64,000 nucleotides of DNA from Syntrophaceae bacterium UBA2280 (GTDB lineage: Bacteria > Desulfobacterota > Syntrophia > Syntrophales > Smithellaceae). The translations under genes and the position numbers were made by a program. Below are positions 16,685 to 27,100 of this stretch, one piece after another. Below the pieces are notes generated by a model. The model was not told the origin of the DNA, ran no database searches, and was given only the letters and a program-made list of their open reading frames with translations. The stretch is from assembly GCA_002347685.1 (NCBI GenBank), contig DDWS01000046.1, positions 151,772 through 215,771 on the forward strand, written 5' to 3'. Each line of letters begins with the position of its first letter. Position 1 is the first letter of the stretch.

Positions 16685-18355
16685 ATGCAGAATATGACAT
16701 TGCGGGCAAAAATGCTTGCGGGGTTTGGCTGTGTGGCCATCATTGTCTTGCTAGTCGGTATCGTGGGATATTACGGGACGGTCAATGGCGCGAACGCCGT
16801 CAACGAAATCGGCACCGCACGTCTCCCCGGCATTGAAAACATGATGATCATCAGCGAGGCGCAGACGGCGATTAACAGCGCCGAAATCGTGCTGATGAGC
16901 AAGGACATGAGTGTATATGAAGGCATAATCATTAATCCTAATACCCGTGAGCCTGTTTATGATAAAATTACGTCCAGCTGGAAACGCATAGATGATGCGT
17001 GGGCGGTTTATGCGTCGCTGCCAAAAACGCCCGAAGAAGCTCAGCTTTGGGATCAATTTGCCCCGGCCTGGGAAAGTTGGAAAAATGATCATAAAAAGTT
17101 TATCGGCTTGAGCCTGGAATATGAGAGAAGCATACAGGATCCGGCCGTTTATGCCCTTATGTGGGATCAAGCGATCGCCAGTGGCGTGTCATTTGCGGCA
17201 GCCCGAAAGATCCTCAACCAGATTGTCGATATTAATCGAACTGTCGCATCCGACGTCGTGAAATCAACCACAACAACGGCAACGTTTCTGGAAATATTTA
17301 ATCTGGTCTTTGCCATTGCTGGTATCCTGATCGCCTTGGTTATGGGATTTTTCCTTGCAAATTACATTACAAAACCCATTAATCGGGTGGTCACAGGGCT
17401 GACAGAAGGAGCCAGCCAGGTTGCTTCAGCCGCTTCTGAAGTATCTTCTGCCAGTCAGTCCCTGGCGGAAGGAGCATCCGAACAGGCGGCATCCCTGGAG
17501 GAAACCTCCTCGTCTATGGAAGAAATGTCGTCCATGACCAGGCAGAATGCCGATAACGCGCAAAGAGCCAATGACATGATGACAAAAGAAGCGGGTCCCA
17601 ATTTCAAACTGATTGAAGAACGCATGGATATCATGAAAAAGGCGATGCAGGCATCCGTTACGGCAAGCGCAGAAACATCGAAAGTCATCAAAACCATCGA
17701 TGAAATCGCGTTTCAGACCAATCTTCTCGCCCTCAATGCCGCAGTGGAAGCAGCGCGTGCAGGCGAAGCCGGCGCGGGCTTTGCCGTGGTGGCCGACGAG
17801 GTGAGAAACCTTGCCATGAAGGCGACCAATGCTGCCAAGAACACGCAGGGGCTTATATCAAACTCGTCCGACCGGATTAAAGAAGCCACGATCGTATATG
17901 ATCAGATATCCGAAGCGATGCAAAAGAACGGGCAGATTGCCGGAAAGGTTACAGAGCTGATCGGACAGATCGCCATGGCCTCTCAGGAACAGGCCAAGGG
18001 CATCTCGGAAGTGGGCACCGCCATCAGCGGAATGAACGGCGTCACCCAGCAGACAGCAGCCAACGCCGAAGAATCGGCAAGTGCCTCTGAAGAGCTCAAT
18101 GCCCAGGCGGAACAAATGAAAAGTTACGTGGCAGACTTAAGTGCCGTTGTGGGCGGGACATCGTCCGGTCAGTCTAATCAACCGGGTGAGCCTGAAGGCT
18201 ACAGTCCAAAGGCATCCGGAACGCAACTGAAGCTCAAAGCTCTGAAAACCATTGCCGCCCCTCAGAAACAGTCGCGAGCGACATTTGCCAGGGCGAAGTC
18301 AGTAGACCCGAAACAGGTTATTCCCATGGAAAAGGGGGATTTCAAGGATTTCTGA
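16685..18355 (+). CDS. Methyl-accepting chemotaxis protein
   Basis: 556 aa. TM, helical periplasmic sensor, TM, HAMP, and the signalling hairpin IDEIAFQTNLLALNAAVEAARAGEAGAGFAVVADEVRNLA. Confidence 0.9.
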   Translation: MQNMTLRAKMLAGFGCVAIIVLLVGIVGYYGTVNGANAVNEIGTARLPGIENMMIISEAQTAINSAEIVLMSKDMSVYEGIIINPNTREPVYDKITSSWKRIDDAWAVYASLPKTPEEAQLWDQFAPAWESWKNDHKKFIGLSLEYERSIQDPAVYALMWDQAIASGVSFAAARKILNQIVDINRTVASDVVKSTTTTATFLEIFNLVFAIAGILIALVMGFFLANYITKPINRVVTGLTEGASQVASAASEVSSASQSLAEGASEQAASLEETSSSMEEMSSMTRQNADNAQRANDMMTKEAGPNFKLIEERMDIMKKAMQASVTASAETSKVIKTIDEIAFQTNLLALNAAVEAARAGEAGAGFAVVADEVRNLAMKATNAAKNTQGLISNSSDRIKEATIVYDQISEAMQKNGQIAGKVTELIGQIAMASQEQAKGISEVGTAISGMNGVTQQTAANAEESASASEELNAQAEQMKSYVADLSAVVGGTSSGQSNQPGEPEGYSPKASGTQLKLKALKTIAAPQKQSRATFARAKSVDPKQVIPMEKGDFKDF

Positions 18356-18365
18356 TGCATTTTTT

Positions 18366-18403
18366 TCATGCCCCGGTTTATTGTGCGATAAACCGGGGCA
18401 TGA
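18366..18403. other. 16-bp perfect inverted repeat between convergent genes (possible bidirectional terminator)
   Basis: TCATGCCCCGGTTTAT-tgtgcg-ATAAACCGGGGCATGA. The T-run sits 5' and the A-run 3' of the stem on the plus strand, so neither strand has a U-tract after the hairpin. Confidence 0.35.
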
Positions 18404-18533
18404 AAACAGCTTAAAGAATAGCAAATATCGGATCTTTGCCATCATCTCTCACTAAAAAAAGCAATATGCGCTGTCCGTACGCTCAACAGGGGGAACAGAC
18501 ATGCTGCCGTGCCTGATGAATAGGGTCGCAGTT

Positions 18534-19769
18534 TTATTCCACATCCAGTTTTGAGGGCATGTTGGCTTTTGTTTCTACTGAACCGCTGTCATTTGCGGTT
18601 TCAAGGCTAATGCCCATCGTCCTGGCACGCTCCTCCCACTGCTTCCGGGCCAACACACGCATATCTATGACTGTATCCGTTTCGTCTGCTATTTCCATTC
18701 CGATCAATGTTTCCACCAGATCCTCGAGGGTGACCAGACCGGTCGTTCCTCCATACTCGTCAACAACAATGGCAATATGCTGGCGGTCCTTAAGGAACAT
18801 TTCCAGCAAAGCGGTCAGCGACACCGACTCGGGAACGACGAGGATATTGCGCTTCAGGGACTGGAGCGTTGCCTCACTTCCTACCTGAGCTTTTTTCGAT
18901 AACACTTCATCTTTGAGAACAAAGCCGCATATATCGTCAATGTCCGTCTTGTAAACCGGCAGGCGCGAAAACGGTTTTTCTTCAATGTACTCCAAGCCAT
19001 CCGCTACCGTCATATCCTCGGGAAGTGCTGAAATGACAGTGCGCGGTGTCATAATATCCGTCACTTCCATGGATCCGAACCTAAACAGATTTCGGATCAT
19101 ACGGGCCTCGTTATCAAGAATCTGTCCCGTCTGTTCGCCAATACGGGCCATAGCGATGAACTCATCTCTGCTGAAAACGTGTACGTTTTTCCCGTGCGAA
19201 ATGAACTTCGTCATTCTCTCGGATACCCATACGATCGGGTAGAGTACGACGATCAAACTATTCACAAAAAATGCTGTGGGACCAGCAAGTTTCGACCAGT
19301 AGATGGCGCCGATGGTTTTAGGAATAATTTCAGATAGAAAGAGGATCATTAACGTCATCACGGCCGAGAACAGCCCAAACCATGCACTTCCAAATACGAC
19401 GGTAGCCTGCGCCCCGGCGCCAATAGCGCCAACGGTGTGCGCGATCGTGTTCAGTGTAAGGATGGCGGCAAGTGATCGATCCACGTTTTCCTGTCTTAGT
19501 CGCGTAAGAAGCGCCGCGCGTTTCGGTTGTTTTTCTTTTTGTTCTTCAATATAGGAAGGTGTTAAACTCAGGAGTACTGATTCCGCTACCGAGCAAAGAA
19601 AAGAAAAGACCAGGGCCAACAGGACATAAACGATTAACAACACGACGGCTTCGTTCACATTTTCAACGGGGTTGATAAATGGACTGGCCGCATCGACAGA
19701 CTTTATCAAAACCGTCATCACCATGGCTAAGACAACAAGTGAAACCCATTTCAATCTTTTCAATGGCAA
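18534..19769 (-). CDS. CNNM/DUF21 plus CBS-pair transporter (HlyC/CorC family)
   Basis: 411 aa. N-terminal 4-TM DUF21-like region, then a CBS pair (TPRTVISALPEDMTV..., RQHIAIVVDEYGGTTGLVTLEDLVE). The exact start is uncertain because of TTG candidates. Confidence 0.8.
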   Translation of the reverse strand: MPLKRLKWVSLVVLAMVMTVLIKSVDAASPFINPVENVNEAVVLLIVYVLLALVFSFLCSVAESVLLSLTPSYIEEQKEKQPKRAALLTRLRQENVDRSLAAILTLNTIAHTVGAIGAGAQATVVFGSAWFGLFSAVMTLMILFLSEIIPKTIGAIYWSKLAGPTAFFVNSLIVVLYPIVWVSERMTKFISHGKNVHVFSRDEFIAMARIGEQTGQILDNEARMIRNLFRFGSMEVTDIMTPRTVISALPEDMTVADGLEYIEEKPFSRLPVYKTDIDDICGFVLKDEVLSKKAQVGSEATLQSLKRNILVVPESVSLTALLEMFLKDRQHIAIVVDEYGGTTGLVTLEDLVETLIGMEIADETDTVIDMRVLARKQWEERARTMGISLETANDSGSVETKANMPSKLDVE

Positions 19770-19983
19770 CCTCTCGGGAATTATGACGACTTTAAACTAT
19801 ATGATTTTCTGGATTCTGACAAGATCCCATTCATTTCGATGCGTCGCATACACGACTTGAATAACGTTCTACAAAAGCAGCTACTATACGCAACCCGATA
19901 CATGGCATGTCTCGATACGGTTTTTCGCGACGGTGCCTGCATAAAGTTTCACGTCCGGCATCCGACGGATTACGCACTTTGCA

Positions 19984-20913
19984 CTACAGCTCACGCTTTT
20001 TTCGCCAATCCAGCCACATGATGTAAACAATCATAAAGACGCTATAGACCGCCGACGGCAAAGCGGTTTCCCCGGTAAACAGCGTGATAGCCAACCCGCC
20101 CGCAATCCCCTGGTTTTTTAAAGTTCCCAAAAGCACCAGGCTGACGATATTCTTCCGGGCGACACCCAGCAGGGCGGCCGTTTTCCCTACAACAAATCCC
20201 AGAACAAACGTCGCGATGAAAACCACGGTCGCCACCGGCACCAAAAGCAGCGGCCTGGCAAATATCAGATCACGGTTGACGGCAATCATGGTGTAAACGA
20301 CAATGAAAAATCCCCAATCCGTCAGCAGGCCGCGAACCGGTTCAATCCGCGCCTGAAGCTTGAACACGAGGATAAAACGCGACAGGATCAATGGCAGCAT
20401 GATCAATAAAACAAGAATTTTGAGCAGATCATAAGGATCCCCTAAGCCCGACCCTAGCAGCAGTGCCAGCATCAACGGAGTGATGAACAAAGCTCCCAGA
20501 TAGGCGGCAATCGTGCCGGACAGGGTATAGGACACGTTGCCATCGAGGATGCCGGTGAAGGGGATCACCGCCACGGCAGGCGGCACTGCGGCAATCAGGA
20601 CAAACCCGATCCACATATTGGAATTCGAAATGATGAGGGCAGCCCCGATCAGGATGACGCCCCCCAAAATGACATAGGTCATCACGATGCCCCAAAGCGA
20701 CGGCATCAGAATCTCCCGGGGATTTCGAAAATAGTTGTTGGGCACATTCATCGTCGCCAGGGTCATGATCATCGCCAGAGCCGGCAGCATCAGCAGTTTT
20801 GTCCAGACCGCCGGCTGCGGCAGGATCAGTCCCAGGCCGATGGCCAGAAGAAAAATAACATTGCGGTTTTTCAGGTGTCGAATCATCATCCATGCCCCCC
20901 TTGAGCAATCCAT
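19984..20913 (-). CDS. Polytopic membrane transporter, family uncertain (AEC/BASS-like size and topology)
   Basis: About 300 aa with roughly 9-10 hydrophobic segments. I could not confirm any diagnostic motif. The likely start is the internal ATG at about 20889, after a G-rich SD. Confidence 0.45.
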   Translation of the reverse strand: MDCSRGAWMMIRHLKNRNVIFLLAIGLGLILPQPAVWTKLLMLPALAMIMTLATMNVPNNYFRNPREILMPSLWGIVMTYVILGGVILIGAALIISNSNMWIGFVLIAAVPPAVAVIPFTGILDGNVSYTLSGTIAAYLGALFITPLMLALLLGSGLGDPYDLLKILVLLIMLPLILSRFILVFKLQARIEPVRGLLTDWGFFIVVYTMIAVNRDLIFARPLLLVPVATVVFIATFVLGFVVGKTAALLGVARKNIVSLVLLGTLKNQGIAGGLAITLFTGETALPSAVYSVFMIVYIMWLDWRKKREL

Positions 20914-20996
20914 GTTGCACCTTAGTCTAAAATCACCAGGCGGGCAACGGGTTATCCTGTCAGGCCTCCATAATTCTTAAGGTTTTCGGATTGCTC

Positions 20997-21025
20997 TTGA
21001 CAGGGGCGGATCTCTTCCTTATACT
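20997..21025 (+). promoter_or_regulatory. Sigma70-type promoter candidate, TTGACA-17 nt-TATACT
   Basis: Consensus -35 at 20997-21002 and -10 at 21020-21025, about 43 nt upstream of the Na/Pi cotransporter ATG. Confidence 0.5.
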
Positions 21026-21067
21026 CCGCCCAACGCTAAGAAGGGCTATTCTAATAAAGGCAACAAT

Positions 21068-22678
21068 ATGGAATACTTGAGTGTGATTGTCGGTCTCGTC
21101 GGCGGGTTAGGCCTCTTTATTTACGGTATGTACCTTCTGAGCGATTCGCTCAAGAAATTGTCCCTCGGACTTCTGAAAAAACTGCTGGAAAAGATCACGT
21201 CCAACCGCATCAAGTCGATGTTTGTCGGGCTCGGCGTCACCGCGCTGATTCAGAGCTCGAGTGCCACCTCCGTCATCCTGATCGGCTTTCTCAACGCGGG
21301 TCTTCTTCCGCTGGCGGCCGCTATCGCCATCATGATCGGCGCCAATGTAGGAACAACGATCACGGCCCAGCTGATTGCCTTTAAGCTGACGGCAATTGCC
21401 CCGGTTTTTGTATTTTCCGGTGCCATTTACTTTTTCTTCGCAAAAAAGCAAAAGGAGAAAAACAAAGGACTCGTTGTTCTCGGTTTCGGCATGCTGTTTC
21501 TGGGACTGGCAATGATGAGCATGGCGGTTGCCCCGCTTGCAGGCAATGAAACAACCCGAAATGCGATTCTCGCCTTCGGCAAATATCCGCTGCTCGGCGT
21601 GCTGACGGGATTGCTCGTCACCGTCATTTTTCAGAGTTCCAGCACGACCACTGGTATGATCATCGCCTTTGCCTCAGCGGGACTTATGGATCTTCCCACA
21701 TCCATTTATCTGATCTTCGGAACGAACATCGGCACCTGCATCACCGGCATTCTCGCCAGCATCGGGGGCAACCTGTCGAGCAAAAGACTCGCCTGGGGGA
21801 ACACCATCTTCAATATAGCCGGAACCTTGATCGCCGTTGCAATGGTTCCAATCTACTTAAAATATATTCCCATGGCCTCCGCTGATGTCGCCCGTCAGGT
21901 CGCCAACACGCATACCCTTTTCAACGTGTTCAACACAATCGTTTTCCTTCCGGTTGTGTCTCTCTTCGTTTTACTGATGCATAAAATCATACCGGGAGAA
22001 GACTACGTCAGAAAAGGCATTAAGTACCTGGACAAGAACCTGCTGACCCTCCCGCATCTGGCCATCCGCGCGGTCATCGATGAAATGGTGGTGATGCTCG
22101 ATACCTGCGCCGAAATGCTCAATAAGGCGAGAAAATGCACCGTCGCGTACGACCACAAGCTTCGCAATGAAATCGCCATCGACGAAGAATCCGTCGACGA
22201 AATGCAAAAAGAAATCACAGAATATCTTGTGGAAATCACGCAAAATGCACTCCAGGAAAAACATTCCCGGTTGATCCCCGCCCTGCTTCACAGCGTCAAC
22301 GATCTGGAAAAAGTCGGCGACTATTGCGAGGCCATCGTGCTTTTGTCGCAGCGGGCGTATGAAAACGATCTGAAATTCTCCGATGATGCGGATCGGGAAC
22401 TCATCAAGCTGTTTGATAAAACGGAAGCCATTATGAGGCAAACCCGAAAGGCCATGCAGAAAAACGATGAGAGAGCCGCGGCGATCACGCTCACTATCGA
22501 GGCCGAAATCGACGAACTGATCTCCCAGTATAAACTCAACCACATCAAACGTCTGGAAAACTCCGTCTGCATCAGCAACGCAGGTCTGGTATTCAACGAC
22601 ATTCTGACGGATATCGAAAGACTCAACAATCATCTTTGCAACATCACCAAGGGCATCCTGCATCTGGGCAAAAGATAG
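21068..22678 (+). CDS. Na/Pi cotransporter family protein with C-terminal PhoU-like domain
   Basis: 536 aa. Duplicated QSSSATS / QSSSTTTG motifs typical of type II Na/Pi cotransporter-related proteins, and a helical PhoU-like C-terminal half. Confidence 0.85.
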   Translation: MEYLSVIVGLVGGLGLFIYGMYLLSDSLKKLSLGLLKKLLEKITSNRIKSMFVGLGVTALIQSSSATSVILIGFLNAGLLPLAAAIAIMIGANVGTTITAQLIAFKLTAIAPVFVFSGAIYFFFAKKQKEKNKGLVVLGFGMLFLGLAMMSMAVAPLAGNETTRNAILAFGKYPLLGVLTGLLVTVIFQSSSTTTGMIIAFASAGLMDLPTSIYLIFGTNIGTCITGILASIGGNLSSKRLAWGNTIFNIAGTLIAVAMVPIYLKYIPMASADVARQVANTHTLFNVFNTIVFLPVVSLFVLLMHKIIPGEDYVRKGIKYLDKNLLTLPHLAIRAVIDEMVVMLDTCAEMLNKARKCTVAYDHKLRNEIAIDEESVDEMQKEITEYLVEITQNALQEKHSRLIPALLHSVNDLEKVGDYCEAIVLLSQRAYENDLKFSDDADRELIKLFDKTEAIMRQTRKAMQKNDERAAAITLTIEAEIDELISQYKLNHIKRLENSVCISNAGLVFNDILTDIERLNNHLCNITKGILHLGKR

Positions 22679-22795
22679 AACGTCCTTCCAGCCGCCGCAT
22701 TGCCGGGAAATAACGGGCGTCCTTTTTCAGGGCATCGGAAAGAAAGATGTGCTAGGGTGTTTTGAATTCTCTGAAAAGAAGGTATCTTCTGATCC

Positions 22796-23995
22796 ATGAC
22801 CAGCTATCTGCTCATTATTTTCTGCCTCATGGTCCTCATGGCCTATATCTTTGATATTACGGCCAAGCACACCCGGATCCCCGGAGTGATTTTGCTGATT
22901 CTCAGCGGTATGGTCATGAACTACCTGGCTTTTGTCTTTGGCATCCGGATTCCAAACCTTTCGGTCCTTCTTCCCTTGATGGGAACGCTGGGCCTGATTC
23001 TCATTGTGCTTGAAAGCAGCATGGAATTGTCTATCTCCGCCGACAAACGTCGTCTCATCCTCAGCGCCATTGGTTCCGCTTTCTTGCTGTTGACCGTTTT
23101 TACAGGCGTTGTCACCTGGATCTGTGTTTATCATTTTCAACTGGACGTGAAAAGCTCCCTGATCAGCATCCTGCCGCTGGCCATCATCGGCAGCACGGTG
23201 GCCATCTCCGCGGCGGTCCACCTTAGCGAAACCGACAGGGAATTCATTGCCTATGAAAGTTCCTTATCCTGCATATTCGGCATTTTGATCTTTGATTTCA
23301 TATTACTCGGCAACGGAGCGCTCGGGATCGGCATTGCGGGTTTCGCAGGCGAGCTTTTCATCACCATCGTCGGCGCCGTTGTGATTTCAACCGGGTTGGC
23401 CATCGTGCTTCACAAAATCACTCACCAGGTCAAATATATCGTGATCATGACGGTAATCGTTTTGGTCTATGCGGTGGCGAAACTCATCCACCTGCCATCG
23501 CTTCTGGTGGTTTTGATTTTCGGCCTTGTGATGAACAATACGCATTTCTTCAAAACCGAATGGTCTGAAAAGATCGTCAACTTTCAGGCTTTCGCAATGG
23601 AGCTGATTTCCTTTCGCGGGATTACCGGGGAATTGTCCTTTGTCGTTCGCTCCTTTTTCTTCATCCTGTTCGGCTACTATACGAACCTTTCCGACCTGAT
23701 GAATCTTACAAACTTAAGCCTGTCGGCTCTGATCGTTCTTTGCATTCTGCTGATCCGGGGACTTTTCCTGCTTGCCTTGCGTCAACCGCTCATTCCTCTG
23801 TTGTTCTTCGCCCCTCGCGGACTGATCACCATTTTGCTGTTTTTGAGCATACCCGATCATCTGATGCTTCCCTTCATGAATGAGGGCGTCGTCACCCAGG
23901 TCATTTTTCTCTCGATCCTTGTGATGATGCTGGGAAACATTTTCTTTGGAAAACGTCATCTGCAGACACAAAACGGATCTTCCCAGAACACTTGA
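22796..23995 (+). CDS. Cation:proton antiporter (Na+/H+ exchanger family)
   Basis: 399 aa, about 11-12 TM. The N-terminus (IFDITAKHTRIPGVILLILSGMV) is typical of CPA1/CPA2 exchangers. Confidence 0.7.
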   Translation: MTSYLLIIFCLMVLMAYIFDITAKHTRIPGVILLILSGMVMNYLAFVFGIRIPNLSVLLPLMGTLGLILIVLESSMELSISADKRRLILSAIGSAFLLLTVFTGVVTWICVYHFQLDVKSSLISILPLAIIGSTVAISAAVHLSETDREFIAYESSLSCIFGILIFDFILLGNGALGIGIAGFAGELFITIVGAVVISTGLAIVLHKITHQVKYIVIMTVIVLVYAVAKLIHLPSLLVVLIFGLVMNNTHFFKTEWSEKIVNFQAFAMELISFRGITGELSFVVRSFFFILFGYYTNLSDLMNLTNLSLSALIVLCILLIRGLFLLALRQPLIPLLFFAPRGLITILLFLSIPDHLMLPFMNEGVVTQVIFLSILVMMLGNIFFGKRHLQTQNGSSQNT

Positions 23996-24115
23996 TGTAT
24001 TTATCTTTGCCGGTCCGTGAGGCATACAGCCTGGCCTCTGATTAAGCAACTTCAATGTTGACGAAAGCGATAAAACACGGCATAGTCGCCGCATCTTCAT
24101 CTCAGAGGTTGATGT

Positions 24116-27100
24116 ATGCTGCACATTGTCGGAATAGACATTGGTTCTGTCGCGCTTTCGGTTGTGATCACGGACGATTGCGGTTCTCTTATCAGCGCAT
24201 CCTATCAGTTTCACAGGGGCGCCATCCCCGAAACACTGCGCGCAATCCTGAAAAATATTGACATCGGGGAAATCGGCGGTCTGGCCATGACAAGCTCCGG
24301 ACCTGAGCTATTCTCGGACATCCTCCGTTTCGACACGCAGATCGCCATGATCGCGGCGGTGAAAAAACATCATCAGGATGTCGGCAGCATTCTGTTTGTC
24401 GGAGGAGAAAATTTCGGCCTGATCACATTCAACGAACAGGGAGACTATGAAAAATTCCGTTCTAACTCGTCTTGCGCTGCGGGCACCGGAAGTTTTCTGG
24501 ATCAGCAGGCCAAGCGGCTCAATCTCAAATGCATCGAAACTCTCAGCACCGTTGCCTTTTGCAACCAAAGCGCAACGCCAAAGATCGCCACGCGCTGCGC
24601 CGTATTCGCCAAAACCGACCTGATTCACGCCCAGCAGGAAGGCTATTCGGTAGGCCAGATCAGCGACGGTCTTTGCGAAGGATTAGCCAGAAACGTCATC
24701 GACACCCTCGTCCCCGATTCGAGCATTCGCACACCGCTGATTCTCGCAGGCGGCGTTTCCATGAATGCCGCGGTTGTCAAGCACTTTACCCAACTGCTGC
24801 AGACACAACCCGTGATCGGCGAACACAGCCATCTCTATGGTGCAATCGGCGCTGCCCTGCTTTACCTGGAGGAAGCAAAACCAGCGCATCTTGACAAAAA
24901 GAGCTGGAATGACCTTTTCGTAGCGGAGAAGAAGGAGACAACTTACGGCTATCCGCCCCTTACGCTGACGCTCTCGCACTATCCTGAATTCACCACTGAA
25001 TCCAGCCAGCTTTTCAACCCCGCAAACGGGCATGCCGCCGTGGAAGTTGACATCTACCAGCCCCTTTTACCGATCCAAAACGTGTATCTGGGCATCGACA
25101 TCGGGTCGACCAGCACCAAGGCTGTTTTGATTAACAACCGCAATGAAGTGATCGCCGGCCTTTACACGCAGACCGCAGGCCAACCGGTTAAAGCCGTTCA
25201 GGCGCTCTTTGAGACCATCGATCACATCGGACGGCTGCAGGCCTGTGAATTTGTTTTTGACGGTGTCGGCGCCACCGGTTCCGGCCGGAAATTTATCGGC
25301 CGCATTATTAACGCTGATCTGATTATCGATGAAATCACCGCTCACGCCCGCGCCGCCTATGAGCTCAACCATGAGGTCGACACCATCATCGAAATCGGCG
25401 GTCAGGACGCCAAATTCACCACGCTGAAAAACGGCATGGTCACTTCCTCCATCATGAACAACGTCTGTGCCGCCGGCACCGGCAGTTTCATTGAGGAACA
25501 GGCTGTCAAACTCGGTGTCTCGCTTGGCGAATATGCCGGACGCGCCCTGAACACCCCTGCCCCCGTTTCCAGCGACCGCTGCACCGTTTTTATGGAACGC
25601 GACATCAACAATTACCTGACAGAGGGGTACACCGTTGATGAAGTGCTGGCAAGTGTTTTGCATTCCGTGTGTGAAAACTATCTGGCCAAGGTCGCCGTCG
25701 AAGCAGGCATCGGGCAAAGCGTCTGTTTTCAGGGTGCCACCGCACGCAACCAGGCGCTGGTGGCCGCCTTCGAACACCGTCTGAAAAAACCGATTTTTGT
25801 TTCCAAATTCTGCCACCTCACCGGCGCGCTTGGCAGCGCGCTCATTCTGGCCGAGACCGCCGTCAGAAATTCCACCTTCCGCGGTCTTTCACTTTACCGC
25901 GAGACAATTCCCGTCGAAAACGAAATTTGCGAACTGTGTCACAATAACTGCAAGATCAATAAAGTCACCGTCCAGGATGATACCGTGGCCTTCGGTTTTC
26001 TCTGCGGGCGCGACTACGATACCAAGCATTACGTCGGCAAAACCAAAAAACAATACGACCTGATCAAAGAACGAAGCTTCGCATTCCCTGTGGAAAAAAA
26101 GCAGAAACCTATCAGGAACAAGGTGAAGATCGGAATCCCCAACGCCCTTTATCTGACCGAAGAGATGCCCCTGTGGAAACATTTTTTCGCCACACTCGGC
26201 GTGGAAACGATCTCATCGGAAGGAATGAAAAATGCGATCAAGGCCGGCAAGAAGCTCTCCGGGGCGGAATTCTGCGCACCGATGAGCGCCTTCTTCGGTC
26301 ATGTTCAGTATCTGGTGGATAAGTGCGATTATATTTTTCTGCCAATTTACCTGGAAGCCGCAAAGAATAAAGACGAAGAATTCCGCTACTACTGCTATTA
26401 TACGCAGTTTGCGTCCACTCTCGCGGCGGGCATCAAAAGCCTGCGTGCAAAAAACAGAACCGTCATGCCGGTCATCGACCATTCCTCCTTTCAGTCGCGC
26501 ATTGAGCTTTTTTCCATCTTGAAAACGATTCTGGGCACCGGCTACTGGGAAATATACAACGCGTACGAAGCGGCTCTTTCGTATTACAACGAAGGCCGCG
26601 GAAATCTTCAAAATGTCTATGAGAGAGAAAAACCCGCAGACGGTGAAATCAGTGTGGCACTTCTGGGCCGACCCTACTCCATCATGCAAAAGTCCATGAA
26701 TAAGGGCATCCCGGATATCTTCAGCGCGCTTTCCGTCAAAACGTTTTATCAGGACATGCTGCCGGCCGATGCGGAGGATTTGTCGGAAATCACACCGCTG
26801 CTCAAGCGAATGCACTGGAACTATGCTGCAAGGATCCTGAAGTCTGCGCTTCACGTTGCCCGCACCCCCGGACTTTACCCGGTCTACGTCACCACGTTCA
26901 AATGCAGCCCCGATTCCTTCACACTGGATTATTTCAAGCGCATCATGGACAAATACGGAAAACCCTATCTGATCCTGGAACTCGATGAACATGACTCCAA
27001 TGTCGGCTATGAAACCCGTATCGAGGCGGCTATCCGATCCTTTCATAATCACCATCTCAATAAAAATCTCCGACAGGCCTCAACCCGCGTTTTGCCGATC

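Noticed and set aside
18361-18406. The 16-bp hairpin between the MCP and CorC-like genes as a canonical intrinsic terminator
   Set aside because: The stem is excellent, but the T-run precedes the hairpin and the A-run follows it on the plus strand. Neither transcript would carry a U-tract after the stem. I kept it only as a low-confidence structural feature.
21971-22663. 230-aa minus-strand ORF over the PhoU-like half of the Na/Pi gene
   Set aside because: It is a shadow ORF; the plus-strand frame carries the family motifs.
25067-27055. Antisense ORFs of 249 aa (25067-25816) and 280 aa (26213-27055) inside the 1414-aa gene
   Set aside because: Both are shadow ORFs opposite a strongly supported coding frame, with no SD and no recognisable domains.
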